DNA of 64,000 bases from an uncultured Nitrososphaerota archaeon (GTDB lineage: Archaea; Thermoproteota; Nitrososphaeria; Nitrososphaerales; Nitrosopumilaceae). Shown here piece by piece: positions 14,334 through 24,667 of the stretch. The translations under genes were made by a program, and so were the position numbers. The stretch spans positions 1,664,001-1,728,000 of the forward strand of contig OY969559.1 in assembly GCA_963701075.1 (NCBI GenBank). Reading direction: 5' to 3'. The notes below the pieces were generated by a model. It had not been told where the DNA came from and did no database searches. It was given only the letters and a program-made list of their open reading frames with translations. Within the stretch, counting starts at the first letter, position 1, and the number at the start of each line of letters is the position of its first letter.

Positions 14334-15419
14334 ATGGCAACTATTGGCCTCAAGGGTTTTCAAAAATATCACATGGATAGATTTTTTGCAGGCTCTCTCC
14401 TTGTTTCAATCGGAATCTTACTTACAACAACTGGCGGAAGCTGGGACATTACAAATCATCTCATAAACAGGCCAGAGACATTTTTTTCCATACCTCATAC
14501 GGTACTGTATTCGGGGGTACTAGTTGCAATAATTGGCTCTATCATAATGCTGCAAGCTTACAGATGCCAAAGAGATCCTCTCAAGTCGCTTTCTACAAAG
14601 ATGGCTGTAATTGGAAGCTTGTTGCTAGTTGTAGCAGGCCCTGCAGATTTTGGCTGGCACCAAGCGTTTGGGCTTGATGGATTACTCAGCCCAACCCACA
14701 TGACGCTTGTTGTAGGAATGCTCTGCTCAAGTCTTGGCGGCTTGTTTGGAATAAGACGCTCAATTTCTGACAAGACAAATCCAAAACCGATGCTCACAAC
14801 AGTTCTTGCCATGCTTCCCACATGGCTTGCTGCAGCAGGCATGCTTGATATGCTCTCCCTTCCATTCTCAAATACAATTCATTTCAAGTTTAATCCAGAT
14901 CCAACTCTTGCTGTGATACTTGCAACTGTAGCGTTCCCATTTCTGAGCGCAATTATTTTAATATCAATCTCTTCCATGTCACAGCGAAGGTTTGGATACC
15001 TCTCTGCACTTGGGGCAAGTTTTGTTGCTGTTGCGATACTGACTACCATAATACCTGATGACAAGATCAGAATTTCAATTCCGTTTTACCTGATAAACTT
15101 GATACCAATAGTGGTTGCAGACATCATACTATCAGTTTCACAGAAAAAATCCCTGACATACTTGGCAGGTGCAATACTTGGTCTTGGCTTTTTCACGCTG
15201 TACTTCCCATTGATTACGCATGTATACAACGAGGTACTGACAACGGCACCTGTCTGGCCAAGTGCGATAATTGATACTTACTTTGCAGACCTTGCCAAGT
15301 TCTATCCAATTGTTTTTCTGCCGGCTATTGTGATTGGAGTTCTTGGAACAATTGCAAGCAAGAGACTGGTCGGTAAGGGGTCAAATTCTAACACTTTAGA
15401 AGATGTCAGACAGCCTTGA
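14334..15419 (+). CDS. polytopic membrane protein with duplicated D-x3-H...P-x(0,1)-H motifs
   Basis: SWDITNH..ETFFSIPH and PADFGWH..DGLLSPTH; about 9-10 TM segments. Confidence 0.7.
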   Translation: MATIGLKGFQKYHMDRFFAGSLLVSIGILLTTTGGSWDITNHLINRPETFFSIPHTVLYSGVLVAIIGSIIMLQAYRCQRDPLKSLSTKMAVIGSLLLVVAGPADFGWHQAFGLDGLLSPTHMTLVVGMLCSSLGGLFGIRRSISDKTNPKPMLTTVLAMLPTWLAAAGMLDMLSLPFSNTIHFKFNPDPTLAVILATVAFPFLSAIILISISSMSQRRFGYLSALGASFVAVAILTTIIPDDKIRISIPFYLINLIPIVVADIILSVSQKKSLTYLAGAILGLGFFTLYFPLITHVYNEVLTTAPVWPSAIIDTYFADLAKFYPIVFLPAIVIGVLGTIASKRLVGKGSNSNTLEDVRQP

Positions 15420-15665
15420 GTTGAGAAATGATAACTCTCAATAACTAAAGCCATACGTTGAAACCAAAAAGGTGTTAACATTGATCACACCAGTGGTTCT
15501 TGCATTCTGTTATGACGGGGTGATTGAAAATGAATTAAATGTTTGGCATTAAATTTAGCAAAAATCTGTAATTACAAGAATTTCATATTTTACAGAATTA
15601 AACATGTTATGTTTAAAAGGATTCAGCCAATTATCTCGTCGTGAGTAAACAGGGTTATCACTAAT

Positions 15666-16325
15666 ATGATGAATATGAGCAAGTTAACAGTCGTATCCGA
15701 TTTTGATGGAACTATATCTTTACATGAACTTGGAGAGATCATTTTAAAAAAATTTGCACCAGATGACTGGGAAAAATTTTATTCACAAATGATACGTGGA
15801 AATCTATCTTTTGATGAATGTATCACAAAACAATATTCATTAATCTGTGAGAAAAACCGTGAAAAAATCATAAATTCAATCCAAGACAAATGTGAATTGA
15901 GGAAAGGTTTTAGAAATTTCGTAGATTTAGTAAATAAAAACAACAGTCAGTTTCTCATAGTTAGCGGCGGCCTTGATTTTATTGTAGACTATTGTCTGCA
16001 GGGCAACAATATATCTAATGTACAATACATAGCTCCACGAATAAAATTGGATAGTCGTGGCGCAACGTTACTACCACCTAGTAGGGCAATTGTAAATTTT
16101 GGCCGTTCTAATTTCAAAATGGATCTAGTTGTAAGATTAAAACTCTCTGATAGGAAGGTGTTATACATTGGAGACGGTATTAGTGACTTTGCACCAGCAT
16201 CAATTGCGGATATGGTGTTTGCTGTCAAAGGTTCTACTCTAGAAAAAAAATGTCGCAATGATGGAATGGCATACAGATCATTTAGCGATTTTGAAGAAGT
16301 GAAGAATTTCATAATTTCTAGCTGA
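15666..16325 (+). CDS. MtnX-like HAD-IB phosphatase
   Basis: DFDGTIS, VSGG, YIGDGISD motifs. Confidence 0.85.
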   Translation: MMNMSKLTVVSDFDGTISLHELGEIILKKFAPDDWEKFYSQMIRGNLSFDECITKQYSLICEKNREKIINSIQDKCELRKGFRNFVDLVNKNNSQFLIVSGGLDFIVDYCLQGNNISNVQYIAPRIKLDSRGATLLPPSRAIVNFGRSNFKMDLVVRLKLSDRKVLYIGDGISDFAPASIADMVFAVKGSTLEKKCRNDGMAYRSFSDFEEVKNFIISS

Positions 16326-16502
16326 TCGAACCTGCAATGAAAGTATGAATGATTCAATTGTTATTGTGTGTCTAAAATCAAGTAAAACCTACAGTAGGAG
16401 GGGTCCATTATTGTCGCAATGCCGTACAAGATACTTTAGTAGGTTCCCTCTCCCACACTATCATGTTTTAAAACGATTTAAGGCATTTCTATGAAATTAC
16501 TA

Positions 16503-16528
16503 GAAATTCTAGAATTTCCAGAATTTAC
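16503..16528. promoter_or_regulatory. tandem about 10-bp boxes (TTCYAGAATT), copy 1
   Basis: GAAATTCTAGAATTTCCAGAATTTAC, reverse-complement similar to 17452-17476; lies upstream of TTATAAG at about 16550. Confidence 0.45.
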
Positions 16529-16589
16529 AATAATTAGTGAGATATTGATTATAAGCACAGGATAGTATATCAAGACAAGAAGATCAAAG

Positions 16590-16745
16590 GTGAAATTGGA
16601 AGATAAATACAATTCCAGTGGAAAAAACCTAGAACGATGGAAATGCTACAGGTGTAATTTTATTTTTCTAAATGAATCAATCGCAAAATTACATGAAGAT
16701 CTTCTCAAGCACCAGGTCTACAAGATAAGATCAATTAATTATTGA
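16590..16745 (+). CDS. C2H2-type zinc-finger microprotein (51 aa, not in ORF track)
   Basis: GTG start; WKCYRCNFIFLNESIAKLHEDLLKH; paralogue of 29360..29560. Confidence 0.6.
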   Translation: MKLEDKYNSSGKNLERWKCYRCNFIFLNESIAKLHEDLLKHQVYKIRSINY

Positions 16746-16790
16746 GCAATTTTTCCATAAATTAACTGGTCAAATGTCTCATGCTAGTAA

Positions 16791-17420
16791 TTATTCTTCG
16801 TCACTAGCATATCCTCTTTCTACAAGGAATTTCTTGAATTCGTCAGACTCTGTTATCATAAGATCTATGGATCTAAGCAGGCTTGCATAAAAGAATTCCA
16901 TTGCCTCATGACTTCGCTGACAGTTTGGACAAACATTGGTATTCTGAGTTGGTAAAAATTTTCGTAACTCTTTGTTTTTTTCAAACTCGCTTCGTAATTC
17001 CTTGAATATTTTTATTATTGGTTGACGAAGCTCCTCTGTCATGTAAGCCATCATGCCACTCATCTTTAATGCTGCATCGAATTCTCTGTCTATGCCGTAT
17101 TTTCCCCAAGTGCCTTTTTCACAAACAAAGCGTTTCTTTCGGTCCCCTTTACTTTTCTTGTCTCTTGGATACAAGAAGATGAATTCTAACCTGTAAAGTT
17201 CTTTTAAAATTGAATAAACAACACTTGCCGGAATTTTTTCTTTTTCAATAATGTCTTCAGCCGTTATTCCATTTGCTCCAGCTTGTCTGATATCATCCAT
17301 TATTTTCCATGCTAATTCTTTTGACAGTATGTCTGCTTCAAGATAAGATTCAACTGGAAAGTGAGTCAGATAGGTCTTGATATTCTTGGGTTTTGTATTG
17401 TTCAATACCAAAGTTTGCAC
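16791..17420 (-). CDS. winged-helix transcription regulator-like protein with C-terminal CxxC-x3-H
   Basis: GITAEDIIEKEKIPASVVYSILKELYR HTH; VCPNCQRSHEA. Confidence 0.65.
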   Translation of the reverse strand: MQTLVLNNTKPKNIKTYLTHFPVESYLEADILSKELAWKIMDDIRQAGANGITAEDIIEKEKIPASVVYSILKELYRLEFIFLYPRDKKSKGDRKKRFVCEKGTWGKYGIDREFDAALKMSGMMAYMTEELRQPIIKIFKELRSEFEKNKELRKFLPTQNTNVCPNCQRSHEAMEFFYASLLRSIDLMITESDEFKKFLVERGYASDEE

Positions 17421-17451
17421 TTTTCACATTTTTATATGTTTCACAGAAACC

Positions 17452-17476
17452 GAATTTCTGGAAAATCTGGAAATTC
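17452..17476. promoter_or_regulatory. tandem about 10-bp boxes, copy 2 (divergent promoter)
   Basis: GAATTTCTGGAAAATCTGGAAATTC between the regulator and the DUF1059 gene. Confidence 0.45.
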
Positions 17477-17553
17477 ACATAATTCGGTTTTTACTTACCA
17501 ATTGTTTAAGTTTACACATTACAAGTGAGAGACAAATGTACTCTGATCTCAAG

Positions 17554-17727
17554 ATGGTAAGTTTCAGGTGTGCAGAAATGGGAACGAATTGTAGCTATAC
17601 ATTGGTTGCACGCAGCAAGGAGGAACTGTTTCGGGATATCCGAAACCATGCACTAAGAATTCATGGAATGGAGAATTTGCCTGCAGATCTTGCCAAGAAG
17701 ATCGAGTCTGCCATCAAAGTTGGTTAG
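17554..17727 (+). CDS. DUF1059-family small metal-binding protein
   Basis: FRCAEMGTNC...EEL...HALRIHG pattern; start probably 17536 or 17554 rather than 17377. Confidence 0.8.
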   Translation: MVSFRCAEMGTNCSYTLVARSKEELFRDIRNHALRIHGMENLPADLAKKIESAIKVG

Positions 17728-17900
17728 ATGTGAATCTAGGCCAGTTATGACAATTATGAGCACGTGGTTTTTCCAGATTCCTAAATCCTGAATTTTTCAA
17801 ATTTATGTAAATTCAGAACAATTAAATGTCATAAAACGGGGCATAGCTCAAGATATAGCACATGATTGGCGTTTTCATAGAAAGTGAGAATTAGAATCCG

Positions 17901-19958
17901 TTGATTTCCATGGTGGACAGTTTTACATTATTTCAAGCTGCAATCTTACTTTATGCGGTAGGAGCCATCTTGGGGCTTCTTTCAAGAAATGCCAAATTGA
18001 CCAGAACTCTAACATTTGTGCCTCCCATAATGGCCTCTGTTCTACTTGTTGTTTTTTCCAGCAGCGTAATAATGAGCGGGAAATCATTACAACTTGTAGC
18101 ACCAGGTACACTTTCTTTCTTTAATTTTGAAATTCTCATAGATGGTATCTCAGCATTTTTCATTTTGATTATAGGCATAGTTTCATTTGCAGTATCACTG
18201 TATTCAATAGGCTATTCAAAAGAATATGAAACTAAAAAAAGAACATCGGCTCTGGGATTTCTTTTCAATATTTTCATACTTTCTATGGTCCTAGTGGTAG
18301 CATCAAACAATGCATTTTTCTTTTTAATATTTTGGGAATTGATGTCGTTGGTATCTTTCTTCCTAGTGATTTATGATCATGATAAAGAAGAAAATCTCAA
18401 GTCTGGAATGACTTATCTTGTTATGACACATTTTGGAACTGCATTCATCTTTGCCTCATTTTTGTTAGGCTACATCCAAACAGGGAGCTTTAGTTTTGAT
18501 TCGTTTCGCAATTCCTCCGCAGCATTTCCTTTATTGATAAAAGATCTTGTTTTTGTTTTTGCGTTCATTGGATTTGGAACAAAGGCAGGAATGGTGCCTT
18601 TGCATATGTGGCTGCCTAAAGCTCATCCATCTGCACCAAGCAATGTGTCTGCTCTCATGTCAGCAGTTATGATAAAAATTGGCATCTACGGAATAATAAG
18701 GACGGTTTTTGATTTTAGTGGATTTGGTATGTCCCCTGATTTTGCATGGTGGGGAATGCTCTTGGTTACTGCTGGCTCTGTATCAGCTCTGATAGGAGTT
18801 CTTTATGCGGTTGTGGAACGCGACATCAAGCGAGCCCTTGCATTTTCCAGTATAGAAAACATTGGGATAATCCTAATTGGCCTTGGACTGTCTGTTGTTT
18901 TTGCATCGTTCCATCTTACGGCACTTTCTGTGCTGGCACTAGTGGCAAGCATGTATCACACCATTAATCATGCAGTCTTCAAGGGCTTACTCTTTATGGG
19001 AGCAGGCTCTGTGGTGTATGCAACAAAAACAAAGAACGTGGAAGACTTGGGCGGTCTAATAAAACAAATGCCATGGACTGCTTTGTTGTTTTTGATTGGG
19101 GCAATTTCAATTGCAGGTCTGCCGCCATTTAATGGATTTGTCAGCGAATGGTTGACACTGCAATCCTTACTGTCCAGTTATCAGATTCCATCAACCATAC
19201 TGCAAATCTCTATTGCTTTTGCAAGCTTGCCTTTTGCACTGACAATAGGAATTGCCGCTGCAACGTTTGTCAAACTGTTTGCCATGACATTTCTTTCAAA
19301 AGCAAGAAGCAAGCATGCCATAAACATCAGTGAGGTTCCGCGCAGTATGATTTTAGGAATGTCTATTCTTGCTGCCATTTGTGTATTGCTTGGCGTAATT
19401 CCATTCCTAGGAATTTCACTGATATCTACTGCGTTTCATTTGTCTTCCCAACCATCTAGTCCGTTTGATGCTATGACAGTACAGAACAGCTCTGGAATGA
19501 GTTTTGCAAGTCTTTCCATGCCTGTTGTTCTAATAATAATATCATCAGTTGCAATTGCAATTTTTGGTTTCATTCACGTATTGAGCGGCCATACCAGGAA
19601 AACCACGTATGGGACATGGGATTGCGGGTTTGGCAGCCTTGATTCCAGAATGGAGTACACTGCAACATCGCTTTCCCAGCCAATACGTGCTGTTTTCAAG
19701 GTTTTTTTCAAACCTCATAATCAAACCGAGAAAGAATCTTTTGGAGAAAAAAATTCCTACATGTTAAAGACAGTAAAAATTGAAACTGTGATAAAAAACA
19801 TTTTTGAAGATATGCTTTATTTGCCAATAGTATCCTCCTTTGTTTTCTTTTTTGACAAGATACGCAGACTTCAGACTGGAAAGATAAACGCATACTTGCT
19901 CTATATGATGATAACAATAGTTCTGCTTCTTTTGTTTGCGAGGTTAAGCAATGCATAG
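17901..19958 (+). CDS. hyfB: HyfB-like antiporter (NuoL/MrpA-type) subunit of an Ehr complex
   Basis: FWELMS, KAGMVPLHMWLPKAHPSAPSNVSALMS, LAFSSIEN, TWDCG, MEYTA. Confidence 0.9.
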   Translation: MISMVDSFTLFQAAILLYAVGAILGLLSRNAKLTRTLTFVPPIMASVLLVVFSSSVIMSGKSLQLVAPGTLSFFNFEILIDGISAFFILIIGIVSFAVSLYSIGYSKEYETKKRTSALGFLFNIFILSMVLVVASNNAFFFLIFWELMSLVSFFLVIYDHDKEENLKSGMTYLVMTHFGTAFIFASFLLGYIQTGSFSFDSFRNSSAAFPLLIKDLVFVFAFIGFGTKAGMVPLHMWLPKAHPSAPSNVSALMSAVMIKIGIYGIIRTVFDFSGFGMSPDFAWWGMLLVTAGSVSALIGVLYAVVERDIKRALAFSSIENIGIILIGLGLSVVFASFHLTALSVLALVASMYHTINHAVFKGLLFMGAGSVVYATKTKNVEDLGGLIKQMPWTALLFLIGAISIAGLPPFNGFVSEWLTLQSLLSSYQIPSTILQISIAFASLPFALTIGIAAATFVKLFAMTFLSKARSKHAINISEVPRSMILGMSILAAICVLLGVIPFLGISLISTAFHLSSQPSSPFDAMTVQNSSGMSFASLSMPVVLIIISSVAIAIFGFIHVLSGHTRKTTYGTWDCGFGSLDSRMEYTATSLSQPIRAVFKVFFKPHNQTEKESFGEKNSYMLKTVKIETVIKNIFEDMLYLPIVSSFVFFFDKIRRLQTGKINAYLLYMMITIVLLLLFARLSNA

Positions 19959-20896
19959 CATACAGGAGATCATAATCGGATTAATTCAAGTGTTGGTCAT
20001 ACTATCACTTGCTCCTCTGTTAACTGGAATCATACGAAAAACAAAGGCAAGGACACAGAAAAGAATTGGCGCCAGTGTTTTGCAGCCATACTATGACATA
20101 CTAAAAATGATACAAAAGAACGAAGTTGTATCAGAACAGAGCTCTTGGGTTTTCAGAGCATGTCCGTGGGTTAACTTTGTAGCAATGGGCACTGCCGCAT
20201 TTTTCATTCCAGTGTTTTTGGTGTACACGCCATTTGGGTTGGTAGGTGATCTTATTCTTGTCATCGGTCTTTTTGCCCTTGCTAGATTTTTTACAATGCT
20301 GGCAGGATTAGATGTAGCCAGTTCCTTTGGTGGACTTGGAAGTAGCAGGGAGATGATGATCTCCGCTCTTTTAGAGCCTGCGCTTTTTTTGAGCATATTC
20401 GTTGTAGCCATAACATACGGAGGAACGAATTTGAGTACACTGATAAGCGCATCCTCAAATTCATCATTTTTACCCCATCCGCAAATCATCTTTGCAGCAA
20501 TAGGCATGTTCATCATCATATTAGGCGAGACAGGCCGCTTGCCATTTGACAATCCTGCCACCCATCTTGAACTTACCATGGTTCATGAGGCAATGATCTT
20601 GGAATATTCAGGCAAAAGTTTAGCCTTTGATGGAATGGTCGCAGTCAATAAAACAAATCATACTTTTCACACTAATGGTAAACATCTTTGTTCCGTGGGG
20701 AATTTCGTTATCTATTTTATTGCCAACACTTGCGGTCGGATTTCTGCTGTTTGTTGGAAAAATTTCCTTGTTTGGAATTCTTGTTGCTTTTCTAGAATCA
20801 TCTGTTGCAAAGTGGCGGCTATTTAGAATACCTGACTTGATTGCCATAGCTGTTGCAAGTTCGATGATAGGCATAGTGTTCTGTTATCTTTATTGA
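19951..20896 (+). CDS. hyfC: HyfC (NuoH-like) subunit; frameshift in TTT run at about 20626
   Basis: QPYYDILK, GSSRE, ETGRLPFDNP, ELTMVHEAMILEYSG then LMEW...ESSVAKWRLF in the next frame. Confidence 0.85.
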
Positions 20897-21567
20897 TCTT
20901 TATGGAAACAATACAACTAGATTTTTTGACAATTTCTGGCGCCATATTGTTGCTAACTACGTTTGGGATTGTCGTAAGACGAGGATTTCTAGATTGGTTA
21001 AATGCATATCGCTATCAATCGATCGTTCTTTCAGGAGTAACTGCCATCATAGGATACGTGACAGGAATTTGGGAAATTTACATTGCGGCTGGTATGACAC
21101 TGGTAATAAAATCAATCATCATTCCCAAAGTTCTGATATATGTTACCAGAAAACTTGAAATTGAATTCAAGCTAGAAACCAATCCTTACGTTAGTATTCG
21201 TGCGTCAGTAATAATTTCTGCGTTACTTGTGACTCTATCTTATTTTCTTACTCAACAAATTCCATTCAAGTCTGATCAAATTGTAAATGTATATCTGCCT
21301 GTTTCAATGGCTCAGTTTTTCATAGGACTCTTTGTGCTTGTAAACAGAAGAACCGCCCTGAACCAGATAGTGGGGCTTCTCATCATAGAAAACGGCCTCT
21401 TTCTCTTTACCATGGCATTGACGCATGGCGTATCTTTGCTAATAGAGGTTGGAATATTCGTGGACATTCTTGTTGGCATTGTAATCTCTTCCATACTGCT
21501 CTTTAGAATAAGCCTCACGTTTGACAGTCTGGACGTAGGAAAGCTAGAAAATTTGAGGGATGACTGA
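20893..21567 (+). CDS. hyfE: HyfE-like membrane subunit
   Basis: YRYQS, IKSIIIP, QIVGLLIIENG, EVGIFVD. Confidence 0.85.
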   Translation: MIFMETIQLDFLTISGAILLLTTFGIVVRRGFLDWLNAYRYQSIVLSGVTAIIGYVTGIWEIYIAAGMTLVIKSIIIPKVLIYVTRKLEIEFKLETNPYVSIRASVIISALLVTLSYFLTQQIPFKSDQIVNVYLPVSMAQFFIGLFVLVNRRTALNQIVGLLIIENGLFLFTMALTHGVSLLIEVGIFVDILVGIVISSILLFRISLTFDSLDVGKLENLRDD

Positions 21568-23060
21568 TGGATGATTTAATATCTAATTTGACAATTCTAT
21601 TCCTTCTTTTGCCTCCCATGGTGGGGGCTGTGCTAGTAACAATTTTGAAAAAGAAAAGGACAATTGGAATCATAACAATATGCGCCTCATCTTTGATATT
21701 GATTCAGGTGTTTTTTTTAGTATCAAGAATAATAACTGAAAAATCCATTTCGGCATTTGGAAATACGTTCTATGTTGATTCTCTAAGTGCTGTAATTCTA
21801 ATTTCAATTTCGGTCGTAGGTTTTGTTGCAGCACTGTATTCAAAAAACTACATGGGCAGGCAGTATGACAATGGCATCATAGATGACAAGCATATTGTGA
21901 GATATTATCAGGGCTTTAACGTATTTTTGCTAACAATGCTAATAGTTCCAATAGCAAACAACCTGGGAATAATGTGGGTGATGGTAGAAGCTACTACTCT
22001 GGTATCAGTTCTCTTGATAATGCTTTACTTTAAGGAAAATGCAATCGAAGCTGCCTGGAAATATTTGATAATTGCAACAGTGGGTCTTTCCTTTGCGCTT
22101 ATTGGAACAGTGTTTTTCTATTATGTAAACATCAATTCTGGTTCCACTGAAGATGCCATGAACTGGACAGGAATGGTTCACAATTCAAAATTTTTTAATC
22201 CTAATTTGGTCAAGATTGCTTTTGTTTTCATACTGGTAGGATTTGGAACCAAAGCAGGTCTTGCCCCAATGCACACTTGGCTTCCTGATGCACATAGCGA
22301 AGCACCAACGCCTGTAAGCGCGATCTTGTCTGGAGTACTTTTGAATTGTGCATTTTATGCAATAATTCGTTTTCATATAGTAAGCAGTGTTTCCATAGGA
22401 CCTGGATTTTCAAGCCAGCTTTTGATAATACTTGCTGTCGTTTCTATTGCCATAGCAGCTGCGTCAATGTACTTCCAAAAGGACATGAAAAGACTGCTTG
22501 CCTTTTCCAGCGTAGAGCACATGGGTTTGATATCGCTAGGCATTGGCTTTGGCGGCCTGCTTGGAATCTATGGGGCAATACTTCAGATCATCAATCATGC
22601 CATAGTAAAACCGCTGATGTTTTTTGCAAGTGGAACTGTCAGCCAGAAATACGAAATGAAAGACATGTCAAAAATAAAAGGAATAATCAGGAGTATGCCA
22701 GTTACCGGTATTTTGTTTTTGATCGGAGGACTGGCTCTTGTAGGCATGCCACCGTTCAACATTTTCCTAAGCGAATTTATGATTCTAAGTTCAGGTTTTA
22801 AGAGCGGACAGTTTGTTGCAACATCACTAGCAATTTTGTTTCTGGTTGTTACATTTGCAGTCTTTTTGAGGCATCTGATAAAAATGATTTTTGGAAATCC
22901 ATCTCCAGAAATGAAAAAGGGCGACATGGGTAAACTTGCTATAATCCCCATGGCAATACTGTGTTCGCTTGCGGTTATTTTTGGCATCTACATACCTGTA
23001 CAATTGCAGACACTGATTCATAACACATCAACCATAATTAATGGAGGTGGCTTTGCATGA
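21567..23060 (+). CDS. hyfF: HyfF-like antiporter subunit
   Basis: WVMVEATT, EAAWKY, KAGLAPMHTWLPDAHSEAP, LAFSSVEH. Confidence 0.9.
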   Translation: MDDLISNLTILFLLLPPMVGAVLVTILKKKRTIGIITICASSLILIQVFFLVSRIITEKSISAFGNTFYVDSLSAVILISISVVGFVAALYSKNYMGRQYDNGIIDDKHIVRYYQGFNVFLLTMLIVPIANNLGIMWVMVEATTLVSVLLIMLYFKENAIEAAWKYLIIATVGLSFALIGTVFFYYVNINSGSTEDAMNWTGMVHNSKFFNPNLVKIAFVFILVGFGTKAGLAPMHTWLPDAHSEAPTPVSAILSGVLLNCAFYAIIRFHIVSSVSIGPGFSSQLLIILAVVSIAIAAASMYFQKDMKRLLAFSSVEHMGLISLGIGFGGLLGIYGAILQIINHAIVKPLMFFASGTVSQKYEMKDMSKIKGIIRSMPVTGILFLIGGLALVGMPPFNIFLSEFMILSSGFKSGQFVATSLAILFLVVTFAVFLRHLIKMIFGNPSPEMKKGDMGKLAIIPMAILCSLAVIFGIYIPVQLQTLIHNTSTIINGGGFA

Positions 23061-24667
23061 ACAAAACCAATCTAGAAAAATATGCAAAAGAAATTGAAGC
23101 CGAGTTTTCAAATAAAATAACAAAGACTTACCAAGACAATAATGAGATACATTTCAATGCAGAATTAAACGACATGCCAGAAATTTGCGATCATGTTTAT
23201 AAAAATTTGAACGCACGGCTTGCAACAATGATTTGTTCTGATGAGAGAAAAAATGGCATGGGTTTTACAATTCGCTATGTTTTTGAAAAAGATGATGTTT
23301 TTATTTTCATCATAGTTTCCACAGGTCAAGGTTTTTCTTTTCCAAGCATTGCTTTACGCATTCCTGCCGCGGCACTTTATGAACGGGAAATAAAAGACAT
23401 GTTTGGATTAATTCCAACTGGGAGTCCAGATACAAGACCGCTAGTTTTGCATGAGCATTGGCCTGATGGCATTTTCCCCTTGAGAAAAGAGTTTGAACTT
23501 CATACCAAGGCAAAAAGACAAGAAAAAGAATACCCATTTTTAAGAGTACAAGGTGAAGGAATCTGCGAAATTCCTGTCGGTCCCGTGCATGCTGGAATCA
23601 TAGAGCCAGGTCACTTTAGATTCAGCATCTTGGGAGAGAATATCATCAATCTTGAAACCCGTCTTTTTTACACGCATAAGGGAATTGAAAAACTTGCAGA
23701 GTCTATGAAACTTGATGACGTCTTGCTTTTATCAGAACGCATAGCTGGGGATGAATCTGTGGCAAATTCATCAGCATATTGTCAAGCAATTGAAAAGATA
23801 GCGCAGGTAGAGATTCCAAAAAGGGCAAAAAAGATTAGGTCAGTTTTTGGAGAGATGGAGCGAATCTATAATCACATAGGAACATTGGCAGGAATCTCAA
23901 CTGATGCAAGTTTTCCTTTTGGTTCTGCAAGATTGAATATTCTAAAGGAAAGATTGATGCAGCTTAATGAATCACTTTGCGGTAGTCGCATTCTCTTTGG
24001 AGTTAACAGGATTGGAGGAGTACGGTGCGATATCACAGATGAAAATAAAAAATTAATTCTTGAAACTTTAAGTGAAGTCTCAAATGATTTTGAAAAGATC
24101 ATAACCCTTCTAAAATCAAAATCATCTTTCATGGATAGATTGCGTAATACTGGTACCATACCAAAAAAAGCTGCACATGATCTGGGAGTAGTGGGAGTAG
24201 TTGCCAGATGCGTAGGAATAGATGTCGATACAAGGCGTGATCATCCGTATGCCAGTTATTATTTGCACAATAACAAGACATCACAACAAAAGATGCAATA
24301 TCAAGTTGAGATGGAGAAACGATCTGGTGATGCCATGGCACGGTTTGAAATTCGTATAAAAGAGGTAAGAGATTCATTTGACATCGTTAAAGAATCACTT
24401 GATCTTGATGATGGCACTCTGTTTGTAAATATCTCAGAGCATCTTGAGCCTTTTAGATCAGCACTTGGCTATGCCGAGTCTCACAGAGGACAAACGCTTC
24501 ATTGGGTTATGATTGGAGAGAATAATTCCATATCTAGATACAAGGTTAGGACTGCATCATTTTGTAACTGGCCTATTATTGAGCAGGCTGTGTTGAATGA
24601 TATCGTACCTGATTTTCCACTAGTCAATAAAAGTTTGGACCTGTCCTATTCGGGAAATGACCTATAA
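23057..24667 (+). CDS. hyfG: HyfG/EhrL large subunit (NuoC-NuoD fusion) lacking NiFe cysteines
   Basis: YEREIKDMFG, GPVHAGIIEPGHFRF, HKGIEK; ERIAGDES replaces RxCGxC; DLSYSGNDL replaces DPCxxC. Confidence 0.9.
   Translation: MNKTNLEKYAKEIEAEFSNKITKTYQDNNEIHFNAELNDMPEICDHVYKNLNARLATMICSDERKNGMGFTIRYVFEKDDVFIFIIVSTGQGFSFPSIALRIPAAALYEREIKDMFGLIPTGSPDTRPLVLHEHWPDGIFPLRKEFELHTKAKRQEKEYPFLRVQGEGICEIPVGPVHAGIIEPGHFRFSILGENIINLETRLFYTHKGIEKLAESMKLDDVLLLSERIAGDESVANSSAYCQAIEKIAQVEIPKRAKKIRSVFGEMERIYNHIGTLAGISTDASFPFGSARLNILKERLMQLNESLCGSRILFGVNRIGGVRCDITDENKKLILETLSEVSNDFEKIITLLKSKSSFMDRLRNTGTIPKKAAHDLGVVGVVARCVGIDVDTRRDHPYASYYLHNNKTSQQKMQYQVEMEKRSGDAMARFEIRIKEVRDSFDIVKESLDLDDGTLFVNISEHLEPFRSALGYAESHRGQTLHWVMIGENNSISRYKVRTASFCNWPIIEQAVLNDIVPDFPLVNKSLDLSYSGNDL

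Noticed and set aside
23057-24667. Functional [NiFe] hydrogenase or formate hydrogenlyase
   Set aside because: All four Ni-ligating cysteines are absent.
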